The translations under genes and the position numbers were made by a program. From Ophelia neglecta (lineage: Eukaryota), in NCBI GenBank assembly GCA_965285935.1, contig OZ260661.1, positions 54,312,001 through 54,376,000 on the forward strand: a stretch of DNA of 64,000 bases, read 5' to 3'. Below the pieces are notes generated by a model. The model ran no database searches and was not told where the DNA came from. It saw only the letters and a list, made by a program, of their open reading frames with translations. Of the stretch, positions 38,099 through 48,982 are shown one piece after another; positions within the stretch are counted from its first letter, which is position 1; each line of letters starts with the position of its first letter.

Positions 38099-41000
38099 TT
38101 ATGATGGGTTACTATTACAGACATAACAGTTTTGCAGACAACATGTATTTATATATTGACTAATAAAAATATTCTTGTAATCGGTCTTATTTGACAATGA
38201 ACTTCTCAAGTCATATAGGATAATATTGGTTGACACTAGCAATTTGTACCACAGGCACTGTTTAGCAATATCTAGTCTTATGGGCTTTCGCTGAATTACT
38301 TCCAGGCTTCTAGTATAATAGGAACGGGTTACGTTTTTCATTAATGTGATGCTTGTTAAAGTATAATGAGGACAGGTTTTGTTTATAAGGGCAAAGTATA
38401 TTTTCAGGCATTGGAATGTAAATAAGTCTTTTAATTTAAGTATACTAGTGGATCTGAACAAAGGCTCGGTATGGGAGAGGTATGGGGATTTTGTGATAAT
38501 TCTCATGGCTCGCTTTTGTAGTGTGAAGAGTCTGTTGCACTCAGTTTGATTGTTTTGGTTATACCATAATGTTAAACCATAAGTTAGGTGAGGCTGAATA
38601 AGAGGGGTGTATATTATTTTTAGGATATAACATGGTAGTTGGTGTTTTAATTTGTTTAATATGCCAGTAATCTTTGATATCTTTTTACATTTTTCATTGA
38701 TGTTAGCTCTCCAGTTTAGTTTCTCATCAAAAATGGTTCCTAGGAATTTATAATGTTGCACCTGTTCTACTTTCATACTTTTTAGTTTGACCACATAGTT
38801 TGAATTTTTGAGATTATCTCTAGTTGAGCGTCTAAATATGATATATTTGGTTTTGTTTATGTTTATGGAAAGACTATTTGCTTTTATCCAAAGATTAATG
38901 TTTTCCAACTCAGAGTTCATGTTAAGAATAAGGGTGTTGATATCACTGTCATGTAGGATCAAGCTGGTGTCATCAGCAAATAAAATGGTCATTGAATGTT
39001 TTAAGGATTGCGAAATGTCATTTATATACAGAAGAAACAATAAGGGCCCCAATATGGAGCCCTGGGGCACTCCATGATTTGAGGGTACATTACCAGAGGT
39101 ATAATTGTTATAGGAAACGAAGTGCGCTCTATTTGCAAGGTAGTTTTTAAATATTTTGAGTGGCGTGCCTCGGATTCCATAATGTTCTAATTTTGAAAGT
39201 AATGTCTCATGGTGGATAGTATCGAAAGCCTTTGTTAAATCAATAAATATTGCGGCAACGTTTTGTTTGGCACCTATATTATTTACTATGTGGTCAAGTA
39301 ATTCTTGGCTAGCGTATTCGGTCGAGTGATTTTTCCTAAAACCATATTGTGAGGGGAAGAGGGCATTATGTGACGCTAGAAAGTTATACAGACGATTATA
39401 GAGTAGTTTTTCAAAAAATTTAGAAAAGGCTGGCAGGATAGCTATTGGCCGATAATTTGTAAATCTACTTGGATCGTCTTTTTTATAAAATGGGAGGATT
39501 TTTGCTATCTTCATCTTTTGTGGGAATGTTCCTGTTCTAAGCATTGAATTAAAAATTTCGGCAAGAGGATGCGCTATGGCATGAATAGTTTGTGATAATA
39601 ATTTCGGAGTGACGCCATCGAAACCAAAGGAGGTTTTTGGTTTTAACTTACTCATTATTTGCACAATTTCAGAACCATCTGTATTTCTGAGGAAAATACT
39701 ATTCATGAGCGGTTGTTTCAGATAAGTTTGAAATGGCCTGGATTCCCTGTTGTCCTGAGGACATACAATGTTCCCTATATTACCAAAAAATGAATTAAAT
39801 TTATTTACTATTTCCTGAGGGTCCGTAATTTTGTTATTTAGATCATCATAAAATAACCGCTGAATTTTGTTATCAGATTTACTTCCCATTAGCATTTTTA
39901 TATTGACCCATGTACGTTTGATATCACTTTTAGCATTTTCGAAACGGGTATGCCAGTACATTGATTTTGATAGTTTAATAACTTTGTCAAGTACACTCCT
40001 ATAATGTAGAAAGTGGTTGTTTGTTTCTGTGTACCTGGGTGTATTTTTTACAGTGTTTCGCTTTTTGGCAAGCAGGTCTCTAGTGTGTATAGAATGCAAT
40101 ATTCCATAAGTTATCCAAGAATGTTCCTTATGTTTATATTTATTGAATTTAGTTTCGATTTCTGGAATACAAGTATTTAAGTTTGAGGTGAAAATGTGTA
40201 GCAGTTGGTTGTATGCTGCGTCTACATTATTATTTTGACAGCTTATTAGGACTTGCTCCCACTCCTGATTTTCAAGTTTAGTAACAAATTGGCTCAAGTT
40301 ACGATGGTTGTATTTCCTATATGTGATAAACTTTTTCTTGGTAGTATCTGATGGAATAGTTTTATGCAGAAAAATGAAATTAGGGTAGTGATCCGATATG
40401 GACGTAAGGATCGTTCCAGCGGTATACTTTAGATCGACGCTAAATTTAAAAAACAGATGATCTATTAGAGTGGCTGTACATGGCGTGACTCTGGTTGGCT
40501 GTGTTATGAGCTGTAAATATGAATTTGATGTTAAAGTATCTATGTAATCTGCCGTTTGTTTGTGATTTCTGAAATTAAGCAGATCAATATTTGTGTCACC
40601 CATGATCACACATTCACAATTTTCATTATCCATTCTGGCCATAACCTCTTCAATTTTTGCAGTAAATAGGTGAATGTTGTTAAAATTTGGAGAGCGATAC
40701 AATGTACCAATGATGAGTTTTTTTGGAATTAGATTACATGTAAGTTCAACAAAAAGCCCATCGCAGCCGTCAATTGGTGTAACGTGAAAATTTAAATCCT
40801 CTCTAACCTTATAATCTATGTCATTTCGTAAATAGATGCATAGTCCACCACCTATATGTGTGCCATATTTATGCTTAAATATGACATTGTAACCTTCAAG
40901 GTATGACAGCTGTTCATTATTAGCATTTAGCCAAGACTCTTCTATAGTAAGAATATCTATTTGCCGGTTATTATTTCTTACCTCATACAAAAACAGTTCA

Positions 41001-41158
41001 ATTTCACTTTTTTTTCTGAGGAAAGATTGAGCATTCAAGTTCAATATTAACAAGGAATTACTGTGATGTCCCTGTGAAATTAGGTCACAAAAGGCAGTTC
41101 TAGAATAATAGCGGGAGTCCACATTCAAATTAATTTCATAGTCCTCTGATCCTGTCAC
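38099..41158 (-). CDS. LINE ORF2: APE endonuclease + reverse transcriptase
   Basis: 1019-aa open frame. NLNAQS, EESW, GGG, YRSP, GDTN, DH and SDH endonuclease motifs; YRPIAIL, QYGFR, DLTKAFD, GVPQGSILGP and FADD RT motifs; C-terminal CxxxCYVC. Confidence 0.95.
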   Translation of the reverse strand: MTGSEDYEINLNVDSRYYSRTAFCDLISQGHHSNSLLILNLNAQSFLRKKSEIELFLYEVRNNNRQIDILTIEESWLNANNEQLSYLEGYNVIFKHKYGTHIGGGLCIYLRNDIDYKVREDLNFHVTPIDGCDGLFVELTCNLIPKKLIIGTLYRSPNFNNIHLFTAKIEEVMARMDNENCECVIMGDTNIDLLNFRNHKQTADYIDTLTSNSYLQLITQPTRVTPCTATLIDHLFFKFSVDLKYTAGTILTSISDHYPNFIFLHKTIPSDTTKKKFITYRKYNHRNLSQFVTKLENQEWEQVLISCQNNNVDAAYNQLLHIFTSNLNTCIPEIETKFNKYKHKEHSWITYGILHSIHTRDLLAKKRNTVKNTPRYTETNNHFLHYRSVLDKVIKLSKSMYWHTRFENAKSDIKRTWVNIKMLMGSKSDNKIQRLFYDDLNNKITDPQEIVNKFNSFFGNIGNIVCPQDNRESRPFQTYLKQPLMNSIFLRNTDGSEIVQIMSKLKPKTSFGFDGVTPKLLSQTIHAIAHPLAEIFNSMLRTGTFPQKMKIAKILPFYKKDDPSRFTNYRPIAILPAFSKFFEKLLYNRLYNFLASHNALFPSQYGFRKNHSTEYASQELLDHIVNNIGAKQNVAAIFIDLTKAFDTIHHETLLSKLEHYGIRGTPLKIFKNYLANRAHFVSYNNYTSGNVPSNHGVPQGSILGPLLFLLYINDISQSLKHSMTILFADDTSLILHDSDINTLILNMNSELENINLWIKANSLSININKTKYIIFRRSTRDNLKNSNYVVKLKSMKVEQVQHYKFLGTIFDEKLNWRANINEKCKKISKITGILNKLKHQLPCYILKIIYTPLIQPHLTYGLTLWYNQNNQTECNRLFTLQKRAMRIITKSPYLSHTEPLFRSTSILKLKDLFTFQCLKIYFALINKTCPHYTLTSITLMKNVTRSYYTRSLEVIQRKPIRLDIAKQCLWYKLLVSTNIILYDLRSSLSNKTDYKNIFISQYINTCCLQNCYVCNSNPS

Positions 41159-41177
41159 ATATAGTGTCTGACGATGG

Positions 41178-42052
41178 CTAATTTAGGTCCAGTAGGTCCT
41201 CTTCGCATTTGATTGTAAGTACTTTACTATTGTCTGTCTTCCTCATAAACACCGAGCCGTTTTTGGTCCACACCCACCTGAAGTCTAGTCTTCTCTTTTC
41301 CTGCCTAGCCTTTCCCAGGAGCTTTTTATTTTCAGGACTCAGGTGTTCGTTAATGTAGAACGGATCTCGGGGAAGTCCTTGTCTATAGAGTTGCATTTCA
41401 AGTTGGCCCTCCGTGTTTTGGAATTATGTATTAGAAGTTCTGTAGTCTTACGATTTACAAACTTGACCACAATGGGTCTGTGCCTTTTTGGGTCTGCAGT
41501 TTGTGCCAAGGGTGTTCTGTGAGCAGCTTCTATGTCATCAGCCTTTAGTTGGGCTCCCACGGAGTTTGCAATTCTCATCACAATTCCTTCAACATGCTCT
41601 CCCTTTATTTCAGGTATGTTCTGTATCTCAAGATTATTTTTGCGTGTATATTGTTCTAGTTGATTTATTCTGGCATTCAGATTTTCATTCTTAGTCTCAA
41701 GCCGAAGCACCTTGACCTCCTCAATTTCTAGGTTTTTTCTCAATTGGGATATTTCGTTCTGCTGTTCATCGTATTTTGAACTCAAGAAGTCCATTGACTT
41801 GCCGAAATCTTCTAATTTAGTCTTTATTTCAGTGAGTTCATTGAGTTTTGTCTTAATTAAAGGTATTTCCTTTACCAGATTCTTTATTTCATCCAGATTG
41901 TCTTGCATGTTTGTTGTTTCCAGTGGTCTCAGGGGAGATGACTCTCTGGATTTCTTCTGTATTTGGTAGCTTTCAGGAGAATTGAAAGTCGGTGAACTAT
42001 CAGGCACTACACGCTTGGTTGTAGATATAGGGGTATATCCATAGCTATCCAT
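41178..42052 (-). CDS. LINE ORF1 (coiled coil + RRM-like + CTD), interrupted by one frameshift near 41365-41375
   Basis: ORF 41339-42052 (coiled coil, LEQYTRKNNLEIQNIPE, HR, PIVVKF) continues in another frame as RDPFYINEHLS...WVWTKNGSVFMRK (41178-41396). Confidence 0.85.
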
Positions 42053-44817
42053 TCATCCAGTGTGTTGACAATAACATACACTGAGTAGCAGGTGTACAGA
42101 TATAGGTGGACCAGTTACTGACCTGTGATGTAGGAGGCCCTGTCTTGCATAGCATAAAGAAGAAACCACAATATCCAGAAGATATATTCCCTAGTTTCTC
42201 AGTATTCCTTTGCATGAAAAACTACCAAACCACAATCGGTGAATACACTGTATGTTCCAATTTCATGTCGTGCACATATATTTTCCCATCTTCTGTTTAG
42301 TTCAGTCAAAGAGTTAGTTTTTATGAACCCACGTGTAAGCACGTTTAGTCTGTGGCACTCCCATGTCAAAAGAAAATTTGATTTAAACCTGTGCAGACAG
42401 ATATATTTTTTTGGAGGAGGGTGACGGCCTTTTTTGGATAATACTAAAATGAGAGATGGATGTTTTGGGGCCAATTATTAAGACATGGGCACACTATTTG
42501 ATATGTTTAACCCAGGGAAATTGGCAAAAAATAATTGACAGCACCCTGCTGCTAATATAACCTATTAAAGTTTTGAAATTTCATAAGATTAAACATGTCA
42601 TTCTAACTAGGCACTGGCACTGAGCCAAGTCAAGCCGCAGCATTGGCTACTTCTGTGAATTGATTGGTCGATGGCCTGGTGATGTCATTTGGTAACTAGT
42701 GCTCTAGCATGTTTTCACTCTGCACTACTGACACACAACGCTTCACTGGTGGGGTGATGCCTACCCTGAGTAGCAGCCCAAGAGCAACAGCACATATACA
42801 GATAACACTGAAACTCAGGGTAGGCAGTGCCCTGACTGGCCAGGATGTAATTAAAACCTGTGTTGGTGACCAAGGGAAGAAAAATGTACTGTCACAAAGG
42901 GATGAGTATGACATCAGTATTATGGCTAAATCTTAATAATGATTAACATCATATACATGTATATACATGTACATGTTCATATTAACTTGCTGTAAGTAAT
43001 AACAAAATCATTTTCTGAGCTTTGAGCTTTCTGCTCTAAAAAATATCTAGTTTTACATTACTGTTGATTTTCATGACATTGATAACCTGGGTTTAGCTAC
43101 TTGAAACCCTAGAATGTTTGTAAAGTGCAAAGCACTAACCAATCACAGAGGTCTGGTCTACCCTGAAGTAGTTCATGACCTGGGGTCTATCCTTGTTCTG
43201 CTGCTTGATTGGTCAGCCTTCCGCCAAGTGTGAACATATGGATGGTAGTGCTCTTGGCCCAGGGGGCCGTGCATGCATATATGGAGCAATTCTTATATTA
43301 ACTATCATTACAGGCATTCAAAGCTACTATTCTACATATTTTGAACATAGTTGACTGGAAATGGAGTTTACTGCCACAAAAACCTGTGCATTAAAAATGT
43401 ATGATTTTACCAACAGCCCAGGTTGCTGCTGGCTGTGCCGCTGGTCCACTGATATCATATTTTGTGCTTCAGGACTTTTAGCTTTTACAGCAACTTGCAA
43501 TATGAATACATGCATTGCATTATTTCAGCTGTGACAATAATTGTCATATTTTGACCTGCGTATTCACAAGGGCCCTTAAATAGATGATTAAAGGTACCTG
43601 ATAAATGAACCCGGGACCTTCGACACCTAAAGCCAGATTGCATCAACTAGGTCACACAGACCAGACCTTACGAGTTGGCTGCATGTAGGTTTCTGGGGTG
43701 GACTGATATGATCTGGGGAGATTATCAGATAATCGACCGCCCATTTGTAAAATCTGATACTTAGGGATAGAGGCGTATACTCTTTTGTAAATTGTTGTGA
43801 CCTCTAGCTCAACTCTGATCAACTACCCCTTTGTTTTTTGCAAATGTCCAAAAGAGGGAAAGGGCCAACTTGCAGATTATCTGTATCTAAATGTCAGAGG
43901 TCTAAATGATTTATTTTATGTTTGTGGACAAAAGCCTTTCCTGTCATTGTTACACCAAAATTCACCAAAATTTGCATGCACTCTTGTGTTCATTACAACA
44001 GTTTACCCCTGAACATATGAAACTATTAAAACCTTAAAAAGAATTGGCAAGAAATTCACATGATCCATTCAACCAAACTTCCAGTGCTTGACTTTAAAAT
44101 GTGCAACACTGATTGTAAGGAGTGCCAGTGATAGATGTAATGTAGGTCTGGTAAGTGAAGAGTGTACAAAAGTACAAGTCTGTGTAAGCAATGTGAATAT
44201 AAAAAGGTGCATCCCTTTTTCATATTGTAAAACCCTTATACATGTATTTCTAAAGCCCCTATTTTCCTGAATTCCATGAGTAGGGGCAAAACTGCCAAGC
44301 TAAAAGGCTCATGAACATTTGAGGCCCAGTGGATTTAAAATAAGCATTGTCTTAATGACAGCCTATGGCAGGCAGCCCCCATTAAAATCTGTTGATTAGA
44401 ACAAATATAACCATATGAATTGTTCATACTAAATACAAGAAGATTGTGTTTACTTCAACTTCTGTAACTATTGGTCGTTGATTAATCACAAATTTACGTT
44501 TTTGTTGGAGAAGCATCATCTCTCATTTAGAACATTAATATTAAGTGAACAGTCAAATTAGGAGCTTTTGCAAAACTTGGCACAGCAATGGGCTAGTCCC
44601 GTAATTTCTGCGTGCTGGCTTAATAACAAGCTAGCAACAGGACAGCTTACAAACTGTAAGGTACTATTAGAATACAAATTGGGTAAATACTAACAGTGTG
44701 CAAACATGGTGAATACTCTGGAGATTTAAAAAACATGCCTCAATTTTATAGGATACAATAACAACATCTTCATGTATTAACATATAACAGATTACCTTAA
44801 CATTGCACAAGTGATTC

Positions 44818-46251
44818 CTATTTTTCAATGTAAGCAGTTCTTGGCTCAAAATATTCTTCAATTTCTTCTAATGTTTTGCCTTTAGTTTCCGGCACAAAAA
44901 ATAAAACAAAAAGAACACTTAACAAGGACATTCCACCAAAAAGCCAGAATGCCCCATCTTTGCCCAAACTGGTTTCTAAATCAGTAAATTCTTTAGTGAC
45001 CAGAAATGCTGAGCTCCAGTTTACCATTGTGGCAATACCACAAGAAAACGCTTTGGATTTTACAGGAAACATTTCACCCATCAGAATCCATGGAATAGGA
45101 CCCCATCCTAAAGAAAATGCACTGATAAAGACAATGAGGCTCACTAGGGCCAGCCAGCTGAGAGATTCATGCCTCTGTTCATACAGATAGTAGTATAAGC
45201 CTAATGTCCCACTGCTTATAGTGAGAAAAATACCGCCCACAATAAGTAAAATTCTCCTTCCGACTCTGTCCATCAGTATGCATGAGATAAATGTTGCCGC
45301 TACTTGGACAGCTCCTACGATTACGGCTGCAGCAGAAATATTTGGGAACCCAGCTTGATTAAAAATTGTCTCACTGTAAAATATCACAGCATTGATACCT
45401 CCCACCTGCTGAAAAATCATAAGTACTATGCTAATAAGCATAGGTTTGCACACACCAGGATTTATGAAATCTCTGCATGATAACCCTTCACCAGAATTGT
45501 TGGTGATGTTTGCCTCAATCTGCAAATATTCTTCCTCAATTTCTGCATCACAGCCCCTATACCATTTTAAGGCATCAAGAGCTGGCATTCTCTGGCCTTT
45601 GCTGATCAGCCACCTTGGACTTTCAGGTAGAAATAGTGTAAGTACAGTTAACATCACAGGGACAGTGGCACAGGCCACAGCCAGCCAGTTGTATGGTAGC
45701 AGGATTCCAAGGGCATACACAAACAGAACACCAAGGGCAACAGAAAGTTGGAAGCCAGCGCCAAACGTTCCTCTCAACTCCACTGTTGACACCTCTGCAA
45801 TAAAAAGGGGGGCAGCCAATGAGACCATCCCTACTCCTAGTCCATTGATGATACGTCCAAAGTACAAAATGAGATATCCCTGTGGTCCATGAGCATAAAT
45901 AATAAGAAACCAACCGATGACAAAAGGAACATTGCATAGAATCACGCAAGTTTTTCTGCCCAACTTATCCACAAAGAAGGCTGAAATCGGCCCGCCTGCC
46001 ACTGCTCCTACAGTGATCAGGGAGCCGAACCAGGTCGCCTGCTGTGTGGTGAGGAGACCAACACTTTGCAGTTCAAGGATAGCTGGGGAGGAGTAGCCAA
46101 GGGCTAGTCCAATTGAAATTGGTCCAAGGCAAACTGTCACTACGGCCTGCCACAGTCGCTTAGAACTGGACTTAGGACTTGAATTAATACCAACAAAACC
46201 ATCTATAATTTCGTCTCTTCCCAGCAAAGCACTTTCTTCCTCGTTCGCCAT
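44818..46251 (-). CDS. SLC2A8: MFS sugar transporter, GLUT8/SLC2A6-8 / Tret1-like, intronless CDS (copy A)
   Basis: ATG at 46251 (AAAATGG). N-terminal EESALL dileucine motif, GYSSPA, DKLGRK, PESPRWL, QQVGGINAVIFY, DRVGRR, GWGPIPW, PETKGKTLEEIE. Orthology to SLC2A8 versus SLC2A6/Tret1 is not resolved. Confidence 0.93.
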   Translation of the reverse strand: MANEEESALLGRDEIIDGFVGINSSPKSSSKRLWQAVVTVCLGPISIGLALGYSSPAILELQSVGLLTTQQATWFGSLITVGAVAGGPISAFFVDKLGRKTCVILCNVPFVIGWFLIIYAHGPQGYLILYFGRIINGLGVGMVSLAAPLFIAEVSTVELRGTFGAGFQLSVALGVLFVYALGILLPYNWLAVACATVPVMLTVLTLFLPESPRWLISKGQRMPALDALKWYRGCDAEIEEEYLQIEANITNNSGEGLSCRDFINPGVCKPMLISIVLMIFQQVGGINAVIFYSETIFNQAGFPNISAAAVIVGAVQVAATFISCILMDRVGRRILLIVGGIFLTISSGTLGLYYYLYEQRHESLSWLALVSLIVFISAFSLGWGPIPWILMGEMFPVKSKAFSCGIATMVNWSSAFLVTKEFTDLETSLGKDGAFWLFGGMSLLSVLFVLFFVPETKGKTLEEIEEYFEPRTAYIEK

Positions 46252-46516
46252 TTTGACCAAAACAAAGTCATGTGATCATGTCAAGAGTTCGCAAGCTCTA
46301 TAAGGTCGTCGCGAACTTCAAACATTGCTGGACGTCCGGGCTCTAATTTCTATTCATTCAATCAATTTTATTGGAATCACTCACTTTTTAAAAAGGGCAT
46401 ATCCATAAGAAACAATAAATAAATAATAATACACGACGACATATCTTTTAATGAAACTACTAGGATTTGGAATAAACCGTGGACTAACAAAGTAGTGCTC
46501 GCAAACGCAAACTTAG

Positions 46517-48148
46517 GGTAGAACCTAAACCCCGGAGGTAATTCGGCGGAGCTATGCACTTACATGTATAAGCTCCGCCGGCCGCGGAGCTATGCACTTA
46601 CATTGTATAAGCACGATCTCGCGGAGCTATGCACTTACATGTATAAGGATTTTGAAAGCGCGGAGGTCGCGGAGGTAGACTTGAAAACACATATGCCGGG
46701 ATTTTAAGCACATTTTTACTTCTTTGCGGGTTCAGCTTTTGGATTCTTTTTGCATGCCTGATAAATTTATAATTAACATATAACATTTCAGAATAAAAAC
46801 TGCTCCTTAGTAAACTTTAAGCAGCCAATGAGGCGTTATATTACAAAGGTCGCAAAACGTCAGAGACACCATATTATTGACAGCCGGCTGACGTAGATGT
46901 GCCAGTGTTTTTATGGTTTCTTGTGTCTATCCGTTTATAATTTTTTTTGTATGCCATTGAAATGGACGTTATGGTATACCATTTAATTATGCATTATAGT
47001 ATGCCAGGAATTGTGCTTTAACCAAAGTTTGATTGATCCTTGTTTCATTCAGTTTCAAACCACACCGACCATATATTTCAATATTAAACATATATATGTA
47101 TCATTGGAAAGAAAATGAGTTGGATTTTTCCTTCTAGAAAATAGAAAAATAAACACAGAAGTTCAATATAACAATATCTTACCCCTTGTATCATCTATCA
47201 TTTAGGAAGACATTTAGGAGGTACCCATTTAGGAAGACATTTTTTCCTTGTCCTAACATTTCTTTCTATGTGTGGCAAATAATCCAATGTGTCTCACAGT
47301 CAAAACAGTTTATTCTAGAAATATGATTAATGAAGCAACAAAAACCAAAACTGTCATTAACGTATTGTAATTTTGTAGAATGTTTATATATAGCACAACG
47401 AGTTTTGTTTCTTTCATTAGAAAGGTGTAGGTGCTTCTAAGGAATAATTGGCAAACACACCAAATTGCTCAATTGCCTCTTAGTTTGTGACACAGTTTAA
47501 TGTGTTAAAACAATAATCCACCAATGAATGAACCCTGAACTTTATACTCTCACGAATCAATTAATGGCATTTTTTATAACTTCCAATCTATATATAATTA
47601 TATATGGACCTTTTTTGACAGGCAAGGTTTTCCCTATCGACATTAAACTGCATGCATATTTAAGTTTTATTTTCAAAATAAATATATTATTACGATCATT
47701 CTGGCACAAAACATCTAGATGAAACATCATACGTTCAATCCATAAGTTACTTAAAAACAAATAATAGAGGACAAGTGTAAAGCACTTAATGTCATTAGCC
47801 ACTTGCATATAGGCCCATACAAATGATGTACATGAGGACCTGATACTGTGGTTTGAAACTGAATGAAACAAAGTTTAAAGTTTAAAGTTTACTAGGGAGC
47901 AGTTTTTATTCTGAAATGTTTTATGATAATTATAAATTTATCAGGCATGCAAAAAGAATCCAATAGCTGAACCCGCAAAGAAATAAAAATTTGCTTAAAA
48001 TCCCGGCATATGTGTTTTCAAGTCTACCTCCGCGACCTCCGCGCTTTCAAAATCCTTATACATGTAAGTGCATAGCTCCGCGGCCGGCGGAGCTTATACA
48101 TGTAAGTGCATAGCTCCGCCGAATTACCTCCGCGGTTTAGGTTCTACC
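46517..48148. mobile_element. Non-autonomous Mutator-like element with TIRs of about 220-260 bp and a perfect 9-bp TSD
   Basis: GGTAGAACCTAAACC... / ...GGTTTAGGTTCTACC termini. TSD CAAACTTAG at 46508-46516 and 48149-48157. The TIRs contain GCGGAGCTATGCACTTACA(T)TGTATAAG repeats (3 left, 2 right). Confidence 0.92.
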
Positions 48149-48187
48149 CAAACTTAGCTTGGTCTAGTAGATCCACTCCATCCGGCC

Positions 48188-48982
48188 GGTGTCACTAAAT
48201 ACCGGAACGGACCAAAACGCAACGGAACGGACCAGATCGGAACTGACTGGAATGTTGAATATAGCTGAAAATTTAGAAAAAGCACTTCCTTGAACAAATA
48301 TTGCACTGAAAGTATGTATGTGTGCGCAAAGTAAGGGTTTAAATTGTCGAACTTGGATGCTTTCAATTTATACCATGATATGTTCTTGTAGATTTCCATA
48401 TTGCTGTTATCAAACCTCGAATTTTCTAATTAGACTGATACCGCTCTTCTAGGATATTGGGAGGCTTCAGAGTATAGACATGGCTCTTTTATTATTCTGA
48501 CCCAATCATACAATAATGATAATAATAAAGTACATTTATAAAGACCCTCCTCCGTTTAAAACTCTTCTGAAACGCTGTACACAACATATGAATAAATTAA
48601 ATGAAACTCAATAAGTGATAAGACATAATACAAAATAAAAACACTTAGAAATAATGCTATAATAATACAGATAATCAAAAATCATCGACTTGTTTAAAAC
48701 GATGGGTCTAAAGCTGAGCTTTAAAAGTGATAATTTTATCAACCTTCCTGATCTATGCGGCAAAGTGTTCCTTAAAGAGAAGTACGAAAGCTCGGAGTAA
48801 CAAAATCACCATAGGTTACAAGCCTAGTCCTGGGCATTTCAAAGAGGGACAAGCAATCAGCAGGTCTGCCCCCCGGGGTCTGCCCCCATGGATAGCAACC
48901 TTCAATTTGTCCGTTCCGGTAGGTTTTGTACGGTGCGCTACGTTTCGGTCCGTTTCGGTCTGTTCCGGTATTTATTAGCACC
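48188..48982. mobile_element. Second non-autonomous TIR element (probably Mutator-like) with GGAAC/GGACC subterminal repeats
   Basis: GGTGTCACTAAATACCGGAAC at 48188 versus GTTCCGGTATTTATTAGCACC ending at 48982. ATCCGGC occurs on both flanks (possible degenerate TSD). Confidence 0.7.

Larger units (their letters stand above)
37940..42371 (-). mobile_element. Near full-length non-LTR retrotransposon (CR1/L2 group) with 41-bp target-site duplication
   Basis: ORF1 and ORF2 on -. The 3' end on - has AATAAA followed by (AAATC)n/A tail. The direct repeat GAAAATTTGATTTAAACCTGTGCAGACAGATATATTTTTTT is at 37899-37939 and 42372-42412. Confidence 0.93.
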
